Part shown: one piece after another, positions 29,142 to 36,840 of the stretch
How the letters are laid out: each line of letters begins with the position of its first letter
Position numbering within the stretch: the stretch's first letter is position 1
Origin: Solirubrobacterales bacterium
GTDB taxonomy: Bacteria > Actinomycetota > Thermoleophilia > Solirubrobacterales > Solirubrobacteraceae
Length of the DNA stretch: 64,000 nucleotides
Assembly (NCBI GenBank): GCA_019244395.1
Contig: JAFASQ010000019.1
Coordinates: 1,118-65,117, forward strand
Reading direction: 5' to 3'
Position numbers and translations under genes: made by a program
The notes under the pieces: model-generated
What the model was told of the DNA's origin: nothing
What the model saw: only the letters and a program-made list of their open reading frames with translations
The model's database searches: none

Positions 29142-31602
29142 GGTCATGCCGGAGGTCGCTGCTGGCCTCGTAGACCCAACGTCGCACGCGGTTGATACCT
29201 CCGAGGGGTCGATGCTCCCAGCGGCTGTGCCAAGGCGTGAAGATAAGGTTCTCGCCGAAGTTCCTGCGCTGCTGCCTCGTGAAGTGCTGGTGCCGGATGC
29301 GTATTGTCGCCACCTTGCGAAACTGCGATTCGCGCTCGCTCCAGAGAACCCGCGGGTCTTCCACTGGCATCGTGTGCCGATCGGACTGAACCTGCACGAG
29401 GAAGTCGAAAGAGTAATCGGCGTCGCGGGGCCTGAGGGCGGCCTCCATGGCATCCTCGAGCGAGTCGTAATCCGACGCTCGCGCTCCCTTGGGCCCGGCC
29501 GGACGCGTCGGGCGGACCAGGTACTTCACGGCGCGGTCGCGCAGCGCGTACGGCGTCTCGCTCCAATAAGTTACGTCGAGGGGGTTGTCGGGTCTCGTCG
29601 AGATCATCCGCCAGAGGATTCCGAAGCCGCGGCGGTCCCGTTCTAGGAAGAATTCGAGCATGCGGATCTTGCTCTCGACGGCAAGGCCGCGCACGGAGCC
29701 GGTCGCAGTCACTGCCCTTGCGAAGTCAGCGACGGCCAACGCGTTGGGCAGGAAGAACACATCGTGGTTGACCAGGATGAAGTCCTGCGTCTTGCACCAG
29801 CGCTCCTCGGGCAGGATCTTCTCTTCCTCGACGTCGAGGACCTTGATCGCGATCCCCTGGGCATCGGCCTTGGCGTCGGACTGCAAGCCAGAGTGGCTCG
29901 CCGAGAAGCGGATCCAGGCCTCGTACTCCCTGGGCGGAAACTCGAACAAGCCGACGCGCAGGTCCTCCGGCACGTCCTCGACGATGAAACAGGCCTTGAC
30001 GCAGGCGTGCATCTTGGGGTGCTGGCCGCGCAGCATAGGCCGCGTGCTCGCGTAGCTGCGCCGCATTTGCTTCGTCACGAGCCCGACCACTCGCTGTATG
30101 GCCTCGGGCTCCGTCGCCGGGATCTCTTCCAGCTCCATGACCGGGGATGGGTACGCCGAGAGCCGCGCGAGCGCCGCGCGTCCCGGCATGAACAGGTAAT
30201 CGCATCCCCGCGTACGTACGAGCCCTCTATCTCGAGTCACGAAGAACGGAGGCGCTCCGCTGACCGCATACGTAGCCTCGGACCGGCTACCGACGAGGTA
30301 GTCCTGGTGCTCGCCCAGACCGAACGCGTTCCCGTCGTTCAACCACTGTCCCTGCACGACCTCGAACTGGCGCTCGAAGTCGGCGTTGAAGCCGATGAAG
30401 ATGAGCCCACGCTCCTGAGCAGCCGCCACGCTCGGAGCCGCTTCGCCCGGATCATCGGCCGGAGCGTCGTATGGCGGGCCGTAGGGCATTCCGCGCCGGA
30501 TGATGCGATGGCGCGCCGACTCCTGATGATCGTCGCCCAGCAGGTCGCGGGGGTTGGCGCGGCGGATATGCGCGCCGAGGGGACAACGCCGTCCCTTTCG
30601 GTCGTCTCCGTAGCGAAAGTTGTTCTCGACGTGACCGCGACCGGCCGGGTGCAGGTCGTGGCCGCGGCGGGGCCCATGATCAAGCTCAAGCGGCGTCCCG
30701 TCGCGCCAGCGGCCCACGAGCTTCGCTGCCAGCCACTCGATCGCTTCGTCTGGATCGAGGGCGGTCTCGAGCCGCCCCGCATTCAGCTCAGCCTGCGCGT
30801 AGCGCTCGGCCTGTTCGGCCAAGATCCGCCGGAACCCGGCGACGTTCTGCTCGAGCTTGCGATAGACCATGAACGAGCCGTCGTACAGGAGCCAGGTCGC
30901 TCGCTCGGGTAAGGCTTCGCCGTCTTCGTTCGGATATCCGAGGATGAACTCGCCGGCCTTAATGTCACGCCAGGCACCCGTCTCGGACGGCTCCGGGACC
31001 CCTTGGCCGGGCCAGTTGTTCGGCACTCCTTCAACCGCGGGCTGGCCGAACCCGTCGGCGAAGCCGAAGTGCTCGCGCAGGTTGGGTTGGCCGGCCGGCG
31101 TGAGCAGGGCCTCGACGTCCTGTCGATGTAGGCGCCGCGCTGCGTGACAGCGCAGTCGCCCCTCCAGCCACGCAGCTGCTCGCGCCAGCTTGGGGAAGCG
31201 GCGTTCAAACCGGTCGTCGTGCTGCGGGTCTTCGCTCGACGCGAGGAGCACCAGGAGGTGCGTACCCGGATTGCCAAACTCGTCGTCCCATTCGTCGGGG
31301 TTGTCCCCGAGCTGGATTCGCGCCCGCTCCCGGATCGGTTCGCGGAACGCGTCTGGCAACAAGCGGAGCGTGGCCTCGTCGACGTCCAGCCTCTCGAGTC
31401 CCGCATACGTCAGCGCGACATTCAGCGCGATGATCGGCTTCGTCGTCCATTCGCGCGCGGTGGTGATCTCCGGAAGGAGATCACGCAACAGAGCGCGGCC
31501 ACCTGCGCTATCGGGCAGGGTCACGAAGTAGTGACTCCCGGCCGCGAAGTTGTAGCCGCGGAGAATGTTGCCCTGGATGTCGTGGAAGTTCAGACGGCCC
31601 AC
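29074..31602 (-). CDS. DyP-type peroxidase fused to a C-terminal catalase-related heme domain
   Basis: DIQGNILRGY, HFGFADG (GxxDG), GAHIRRANPR, IIRRGMPYG, FEVVQGQW; then RGQHPKMHAC, AWIRFS, DFILVN, SETPY, FTPWH...HRPLGGINRVRRWVY. Confidence 0.88.
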   Translation of the reverse strand: MGRLNFHDIQGNILRGYNFAAGSHYFVTLPDSAGGRALLRDLLPEITTAREWTTKPIIALNVALTYAGLERLDVDEATLRLLPDAFREPIRERARIQLGDNPDEWDDEFGNPGTHLLVLLASSEDPQHDDRFERRFPKLARAAAWLEGRLRCHAARRLHRQDVEALLTPAGQPNLREHFGFADGFGQPAVEGVPNNWPGQGVPEPSETGAWRDIKAGEFILGYPNEDGEALPERATWLLYDGSFMVYRKLEQNVAGFRRILAEQAERYAQAELNAGRLETALDPDEAIEWLAAKLVGRWRDGTPLELDHGPRRGHDLHPAGRGHVENNFRYGDDRKGRRCPLGAHIRRANPRDLLGDDHQESARHRIIRRGMPYGPPYDAPADDPGEAAPSVAAAQERGLIFIGFNADFERQFEVVQGQWLNDGNAFGLGEHQDYLVGSRSEATYAVSGAPPFFVTRDRGLVRTRGCDYLFMPGRAALARLSAYPSPVMELEEIPATEPEAIQRVVGLVTKQMRRSYASTRPMLRGQHPKMHACVKACFIVEDVPEDLRVGLFEFPPREYEAWIRFSASHSGLQSDAKADAQGIAIKVLDVEEEKILPEERWCKTQDFILVNHDVFFLPNALAVADFARAVTATGSVRGLAVESKIRMLEFFLERDRRGFGILWRMISTRPDNPLDVTYWSETPYALRDRAVKYLVRPTRPAGPKGARASDYDSLEDAMEAALRPRDADYSFDFLVQVQSDRHTMPVEDPRVLWSERESQFRKVATIRIRHQHFTRQQRRNFGENLIFTPWHSRWEHRPLGGINRVRRWVYEASSDLRHDLNGAPYLELGGLIAPRPPRMPR

Positions 31603-32246
31603 GAGGCCGACTCCTTGATGTAGGCAGCCTTCAGCGTGTCGTGTCCCCGGTCACCGACGAGGGCATCTTGGTGCTGAAGGACAAACTGAGCAAATCCCTG
31701 CCGCACGTTGATCGCGCGGCTGATGTCCGAAGGAGTGAGATCGGGGAAGGCTGCGTAATACAGGTCAATATCGATCTGGCTATGGCTCAGGTACTTCACG
31801 AAGTGATCTACCTCGTCGACGCCCGGGAAGTTCATGCAGTGCTTCCAGACCGCGTCGCACTCGTCGGGGATGTGATGGGCTAGGTCGCGGAAGAATGTGC
31901 CGGGGAGACATGCTGCGCGGTAGGCCGGCGCGGTCAGGTCGGCGCTGAAGAGCAGATACTGAGATCGGAGCCTCGACGGCCTCTTCGGCGCCCCGGGCCA
32001 GTCGAGGCGGAGCCGGTCGATCACGACCCACCTGGCGAAGTGCACGTCCGGAACCTTGGCCAGCGGGCTTCCACTGCCGAGCTTGAATCCTCGGAGGACA
32101 TCTCTGAGCTCGTCGGACGCGTCGGGCAGGATCGGCGTTATCAGGGTCACGGCGTATGAGTTTCCCCGCCGATTCACTGAGGTCGCCCCCAGCGCCGCCG
32201 CCGCAATCCGACCGACGGCTGCGAGGAGTGAGCTCGGTGTGGTCAC
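31590..32246 (-). CDS. DyP-associated hypothetical protein A (HFAR motif)
   Basis: VHFARWVVID...YLLFSADL...VWKHCMNFP...FVKYL...YYAAFPDLT; 13-bp overlap with the DyP fusion start. Confidence 0.8.
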   Translation of the reverse strand: MTTPSSLLAAVGRIAAAALGATSVNRRGNSYAVTLITPILPDASDELRDVLRGFKLGSGSPLAKVPDVHFARWVVIDRLRLDWPGAPKRPSRLRSQYLLFSADLTAPAYRAACLPGTFFRDLAHHIPDECDAVWKHCMNFPGVDEVDHFVKYLSHSQIDIDLYYAAFPDLTPSDISRAINVRQGFAQFVLQHQDALVGDRGHDTLKAAYIKESASWAV

Positions 32247-32833
32247 AGGTCGCTCTGCAGGTGTGTCACGAGGGCGCGGAGGCGTTCGGCGAACTCATCG
32301 GGATCGAGATCGTGAGCATCTTGGCGAAGCTCCGCGGTGGCCTGCACGATGCGCAGCGCGGACTTCACCATCTTCACGGTGACCTCGGGGTTTCGAACGT
32401 AGTAGTGATCGATGGGAAACTCGTTCTGCAGGATGTAGTGCTTGAACGGGCCGAGCGGCAGTCGCCATGGAAAGCCATACGAGGTGCCCCACAAGGCGCG
32501 CATCCGGCCGGGAAGGGCCTGGACGAACATGTCGATGTACGAGCCAAACGAACCGTTGTAGTTGCTCTCGAAGAGCTGGAGCGTTTGCCGTAGATAATCC
32601 TGAGGCTGCCCGTGATCGGGAAACTCACCGATGACGGCCAAACGCACGAAGTGAATGACCGCGAGCCGATCGACGTTCGTCGCCTGTCCTAACCGTCCAA
32701 GAGCGAAGAAGGCGCGCTGCACGTAGCTGCCGCCCGGGCGCAGGAGGGAGAACACCGTCATGGGTATGGCAAAGCCGTCGCGCTCGATACCGGCGGCTTC
32801 TGGCTGTGGCTGATCCTGCGTAATCGTCGACAA
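32243..32833 (-). CDS. DyP-associated hypothetical protein B (paralogue of A)
   Basis: IHFVRLAVIG...LQLFESNY...LWGTSYGFP...FKHYI...YYVRNPEVT; GTGA overlap with A. Confidence 0.8.
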   Translation of the reverse strand: MSTITQDQPQPEAAGIERDGFAIPMTVFSLLRPGGSYVQRAFFALGRLGQATNVDRLAVIHFVRLAVIGEFPDHGQPQDYLRQTLQLFESNYNGSFGSYIDMFVQALPGRMRALWGTSYGFPWRLPLGPFKHYILQNEFPIDHYYVRNPEVTVKMVKSALRIVQATAELRQDAHDLDPDEFAERLRALVTHLQSDL

Positions 32834-32913
32834 GAATCGCGGAGGGTTAGGCGTTGACCCTAACGAGCGCGCAGGGCGGCGTCTAGATACATCTCGTATT
32901 TTTGACGACCGGC

Positions 32914-32942
32914 TTGCGGCGCCCGAGCTGCGACGCTAGGGT
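32914..32942 (+). promoter_or_regulatory. Leaderless-type sigma-70 promoter
   Basis: TTGCGG-17 nt-TAGGGT-6 nt-ATG 32949. Confidence 0.6.
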
Positions 32943-32948
32943 CGGACG

Positions 32949-33569
32949 ATGGCTGGGGCCATCCGCCGCGGAGACGTCGTGCTGGTCGATGAGCTCGGCC
33001 AGGGCTTGGTGTCGGCGTCCATCGCGCTGGGCGAGTTGCTGCGTTATGGGCGCGGTAGTCCATACACGCAGTGGACCCACAGCGCGATCGTCTGCGATGT
33101 GCCCTTCCAGGATCCGTCGACGATCTCGATCGTCGAAGCACGCGCCGCCACCGGGGTCCGCAGGGCATTGCTCTCGAAGTATGAGAAGCATTACGCAATC
33201 GTGCACACGGATGTCGATGATTGTGACTGGCCGGAGGTCGAGCGCTTCCTCAAGAGCGTGCGGGACGCCCGCGAGAGTTACGACTTTGTCGCCTACGCCG
33301 GTCTCACGCTGTACGCGCTGACCGGCAGCCGCATCTGCATCCAGCGGGCCGGAACGGCGACGTGCGCGGGGCTGGTCGCGGATGCCCTCACGCGGGCGGG
33401 ATTCATCTGGTCGCGCCCGCCATACGCGATGACTCCCGCCGACATCGCAGCCGACCTCGAGGACGGGAAACACACGATCACATCCAAGGTCGTCGACGAG
33501 GGGCAGACGACACTGTGCGGCCGGATGCGACAGCTGGCGAGCACGATGCTCCCGCAGCCCCGCCGTTGA
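32949..33569 (+). CDS. Permuted papain-like amidase (YaeF/YiiX, NlpC/P60 superfamily)
   Basis: RRGDVVL, WTHSAIV (His), IVEA, TCAGLVADAL (Cys), MTPADI. Confidence 0.75.
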   Translation: MAGAIRRGDVVLVDELGQGLVSASIALGELLRYGRGSPYTQWTHSAIVCDVPFQDPSTISIVEARAATGVRRALLSKYEKHYAIVHTDVDDCDWPEVERFLKSVRDARESYDFVAYAGLTLYALTGSRICIQRAGTATCAGLVADALTRAGFIWSRPPYAMTPADIAADLEDGKHTITSKVVDEGQTTLCGRMRQLASTMLPQPRR

Positions 33570-33619
33570 GCCGTGCTCGCCCACCACGGCGACACCCGCG
33601 GTGGGTCCCGGCCCGGCGC

Positions 33620-34615
33620 TTACGGGTTAGGTACGCCGGCAGACTTGCGCACCGCGTCGCGGATGGCGCTCGCGGTGACGCTGGCCGCGGCGGTGCCGAG
33701 GACCGCGATGGTCCAGGAGGCGGCAAGGCCCGGCGGCGCCGGAGGCTGTGTGCCCGAGGCTACGCAGAACACGACGTCGCCGTCGATCGGGGTGAAGGCC
33801 GGATCGACCGAGCGGGCGACGCCGGCGCTCGCCATGCGGGCGACGATCGCGCAGCTGCGCTTGTCGACGGAGGCGTCGGTGCAGACGCAGGCCAGCGTGG
33901 TGTTGCCGGCCTCGGCCGCGCCGAAGCGGCGAAACTCGGGGAGTTCCGGCATGCTCCCTAGCAGGTCCGACGTGCGAACGAGTTGTCCGCGATCGTCGCG
34001 CGGAGCGCCGAGGAGCTCGCCGTCTTCAGCGATCACGTCGCCGAACGCGTTAGCCACCGCGACCGCGGCCACGATCGTGCCGTCGGCCAGTGTCGTAGCG
34101 GCGAACCCCACGCCGCCGGGGGTGGCCCGATGGCGGCCGAACAGCTTGCCGACTGCGGCCCCGGTGCCCGCACCGACGGCCCCGAGCTTCCAGCCCTCGG
34201 CCCGAGCCGCCTGACACGCCGCGTAGCCCTCGGCCGGACCAGGTCGGGCCGCCGGTGAGCCCTCGACCAGATCGAAGATCACTGCGGTCGGGACGAGCGG
34301 TACCGCAGCGCTGGGGGTGGGCCGGCCGAGCCCACGCTCCTCGAGCCAGCGGACGACGCCATCCGCCGCGGCCAGCCCGAACGCACTGCCGCCGGTTAGC
34401 AGGACCGCGTTCGGGCCCTCCGAGTTAGCCAGCGGCGAGAGGTTCTCGAGCTCGCGGGTGCCGGTGCCGCCGCCCCGCACGTCGACGCTGCCTCGGCTCT
34501 TCGGCGGAGGGAGTATGACGGTGCAGCCCGTGCGACCGTGCGGATCGGTCCAGTGACCGACGCGGAACCCCGAAGGTAGCGCCGAAGCGGTCACAGCTGG
34601 CAGGCCGGACACCAA
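33620..34615 (-). CDS. Peptidase S58/P1 (DmpA-related, GNTT type)
   Basis: GFRVGHW, TGCTVI, DVRGGGTGTRE, LTGGSAFGLAAADGV, GNTTL, DGDVVF. Confidence 0.9.
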   Translation of the reverse strand: MVSGLPAVTASALPSGFRVGHWTDPHGRTGCTVILPPPKSRGSVDVRGGGTGTRELENLSPLANSEGPNAVLLTGGSAFGLAAADGVVRWLEERGLGRPTPSAAVPLVPTAVIFDLVEGSPAARPGPAEGYAACQAARAEGWKLGAVGAGTGAAVGKLFGRHRATPGGVGFAATTLADGTIVAAVAVANAFGDVIAEDGELLGAPRDDRGQLVRTSDLLGSMPELPEFRRFGAAEAGNTTLACVCTDASVDKRSCAIVARMASAGVARSVDPAFTPIDGDVVFCVASGTQPPAPPGLAASWTIAVLGTAAASVTASAIRDAVRKSAGVPNP

Positions 34616-35334
34616 TACGTGGTCCTACCCCCGATCCGGTCGCGTTCGAGCCGATGCCCGTCGCGCGGGCACTTCCCGTCCCGCTCGCGCGCCGCAATGA
34701 ACCGGCCGGTATGGGCGCCGCCCTTGCGGATGGCCGAGCGGACGGCGGCCCGGACCTCGCGGCGCAACCGATCGACGTCGGCCATCGAGAGATCGCCGGT
34801 AAGGCGCTTCGGCGAGATCCGCGCCTGCCAGAGAATCTGATCGGCGAGCAGGTTTCCGATCCCGGAGATGGCGCTCTGGTCGAGCAGCCGGGCCTTGATC
34901 GGAGCGCGTCCGGCGCCGATCCGCCGTCGAAACTCGACCCGTCCGACCTCGGCGGCGTCGGGACCCACGTGCGAGAAATCGGGATTCAGCACCGCGCGGC
35001 CGAGCCGGCGCTTGTCGCGAAGCACCAGCCGCCCGCCGTCGTCGAACTCGAGCGTGAAGCGATCCCACCGCGAGATGTCCTCGGGGTCGACGACGATCCG
35101 GCCGGCCATGCCCAGATGGAGCCCGAGGGCGGGCCCTTCATCGGTCTCGAGCCACATGAACTTTCCGCGCCGGTGCGCGGTGGCGAGAGTGTGGCCGGTC
35201 AAAGCACTGGCAATTTCCCCGGGGGGATGTGGCCGGCACACGTACGAGTCGCGGTCGTCGACGTCGACGATCCGCCGGCCGAGCGCCGACTCGAGCGCTT
35301 GACGGGCGCGTTCCGCTTCAGGGAGCTCGGGCAT
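34591..35334 (-). CDS. Fpg/Nei family DNA glycosylase
   Basis: MPELPE N-terminus, RRGKFM, HLGMAG, D.RRLG, LLDQSAISGIGNLLAD, degenerate Zn finger ...GGRTTYWCPACQ. Confidence 0.92.
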   Translation of the reverse strand: MPELPEAERARQALESALGRRIVDVDDRDSYVCRPHPPGEIASALTGHTLATAHRRGKFMWLETDEGPALGLHLGMAGRIVVDPEDISRWDRFTLEFDDGGRLVLRDKRRLGRAVLNPDFSHVGPDAAEVGRVEFRRRIGAGRAPIKARLLDQSAISGIGNLLADQILWQARISPKRLTGDLSMADVDRLRREVRAAVRSAIRKGGAHTGRFIAARERDGKCPRDGHRLERDRIGGRTTYWCPACQL

Positions 35335-35517
35335 CAGCGGTAACGCGCGGTGTGCGACGCGCCGCGGTGGGAGCACCGCCGCGCCGTCGGACGCCGGGCC
35401 CACCTCGGCGGCCTGACGCGGGTACACGCCGCGGGGGCTTCTCGTCCTGGTCCTTGAGGCTCCACGGCCCGAGCGTAGCGGCGTTGTGCCGCCCGCACTC
35501 GGGTGAGACTGAAGTCC

Positions 35518-35603
35518 GCGACCGCGCTGTTCCTCGCCTCCGACCACTCGTCCTTCATCACCGGGGTGGCGCTACCGGTGACGGTGGGTTCACCACGCAG
35601 TGA
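35518..35603 (+). pseudogene. 3' remnant of a short-chain dehydrogenase gene
   Basis: ATALFLASDHSSFITGVALPV then, after a 1-nt shift, DGGFTTQ-stop: the typical SDR C-terminus. Confidence 0.7.
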
Positions 35604-35638
35604 CGCGCCCGGCGGGCGCCGGCGGGTAGAGGGTGGCC

Positions 35639-36079
35639 ATGACCACAAACACCGAGACCACCAGCGAGTTCGCCGTAGTCAACCCCGACGACGCCGATGA
35701 TGCCTATGCCGGCACCGACGTCCCGGGCGAGTTCCGCAGTCTGACCAGCGCCCTCGGGTGCGACCAGGTCGCGGTGACCCTGATCCGCGTGCCGCCCCAT
35801 TCGGACTTCGAGCAGGGCACCGGCCACTTCCACGACGAGATCGAAGAGCTCTACGTGTTAACCCGTGGAACCCTAACCATGCGCTTCGGCGAGGAGATCC
35901 GCACCGTCAGCGCCCCGGCCGCGGTGCGCGTCGCGCCGACGACGCCGCGCTCGCACCGCAACGAGCGCGACGAACCGGTCGAGATGTGGGCGATCTCGCG
36001 CAAGCTGGGCCGGCGCGACGCGACCAAGCTCGATGACTTCTGGGAGGCCTCGCCGCACGCCAGGCAACGCACCGGCTGA
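35639..36079 (+). CDS. Cupin domain protein
   Basis: GHFHDEIEELYVLTRG and PRSHRN cupin motifs. Confidence 0.8.
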   Translation: MTTNTETTSEFAVVNPDDADDAYAGTDVPGEFRSLTSALGCDQVAVTLIRVPPHSDFEQGTGHFHDEIEELYVLTRGTLTMRFGEEIRTVSAPAAVRVAPTTPRSHRNERDEPVEMWAISRKLGRRDATKLDDFWEASPHARQRTG

Positions 36080-36114
36080 ACACGCGGTGTGGAGCGGTTG
36101 CAGCGGGATGACGG

Positions 36115-36594
36115 TCAGCCGAGCGTCAGCAGCTTGTCGCGGTAGTCGATCGTCACCGACCCGAACCGGGACAGCACGTCCGAGCCCAGGAGACCGAAAC
36201 CGAAGCCGCCCGTGCCAACGATTGGGGAGCTCGAGGCGACGACCGACGGGAGCGGCTGGCCGCCGATACTCCAGTTCGAGAGGCGCACACGGCGCGCTGT
36301 CGAGCAGCCCGTCACGCCACAGAACTGATGCGGCTGGCCGACTGTCCGCAGGTGGAGGTGCCGGGCCAGGGTTGGATTGACCAGCGTCACGCTCGCGCCG
36401 GTATCGATGAGGAACGGGAAGGCGCGGCCGTGGATGATCACCTTCGCCGCCACCACGGTGCCGCCGGTTCTCGAGTGCAAGACGACTATGTGAACCACCG
36501 AGGCGGCGTGCGCGGGTCTGGCCGATGCCACGGCGCCGCCGACGGCGCCGACCCCGAAGATCGTCGTGAGGCAGACAACTATCAAGCGTCGCAC
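36115..36594 (-). CDS. Secreted retropepsin-like aspartyl protease
   Basis: GGAGGAGG RBS before GTG 36594, signal-peptide-like VRRLIVVCLTTIFGVGAVGGAVASA, FLIDTGAS, GLLGSDVL. Confidence 0.82.
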   Translation of the reverse strand: MRRLIVVCLTTIFGVGAVGGAVASARPAHAASVVHIVVLHSRTGGTVVAAKVIIHGRAFPFLIDTGASVTLVNPTLARHLHLRTVGQPHQFCGVTGCSTARRVRLSNWSIGGQPLPSVVASSSPIVGTGGFGFGLLGSDVLSRFGSVTIDYRDKLLTLG

Positions 36595-36840
36595 GGCTCC
36601 TCCTCCTGTGCCCCCGGTGTGGGCGGCATCGATCTCAACCCGTCGGCGGTACTGTGGCAAACGCGCCGACGCGGTGCGCGGCGCCGGGCGCGGATGCCCA
36701 GCGCACCGGTGGTCGCGGCGACGGCCGCACTCGGCATCCTCGGCCGAGTGGGACGCGACCACGCCGCGCCGCGGCCACGCCGCCGGGCATGGACGCCCGG
36801 CGGAACGGCCCCAGGGATGCCGAGCGCAGCGAGGCCCAGA

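Noticed and set aside
36780-36803. CCGCCGGGC/GCCCGGCGG hairpin and neighbouring hairpins as an ncRNA
   Set aside because: Position just downstream of the RecQ stop fits an ordinary terminator-like stem; no further evidence
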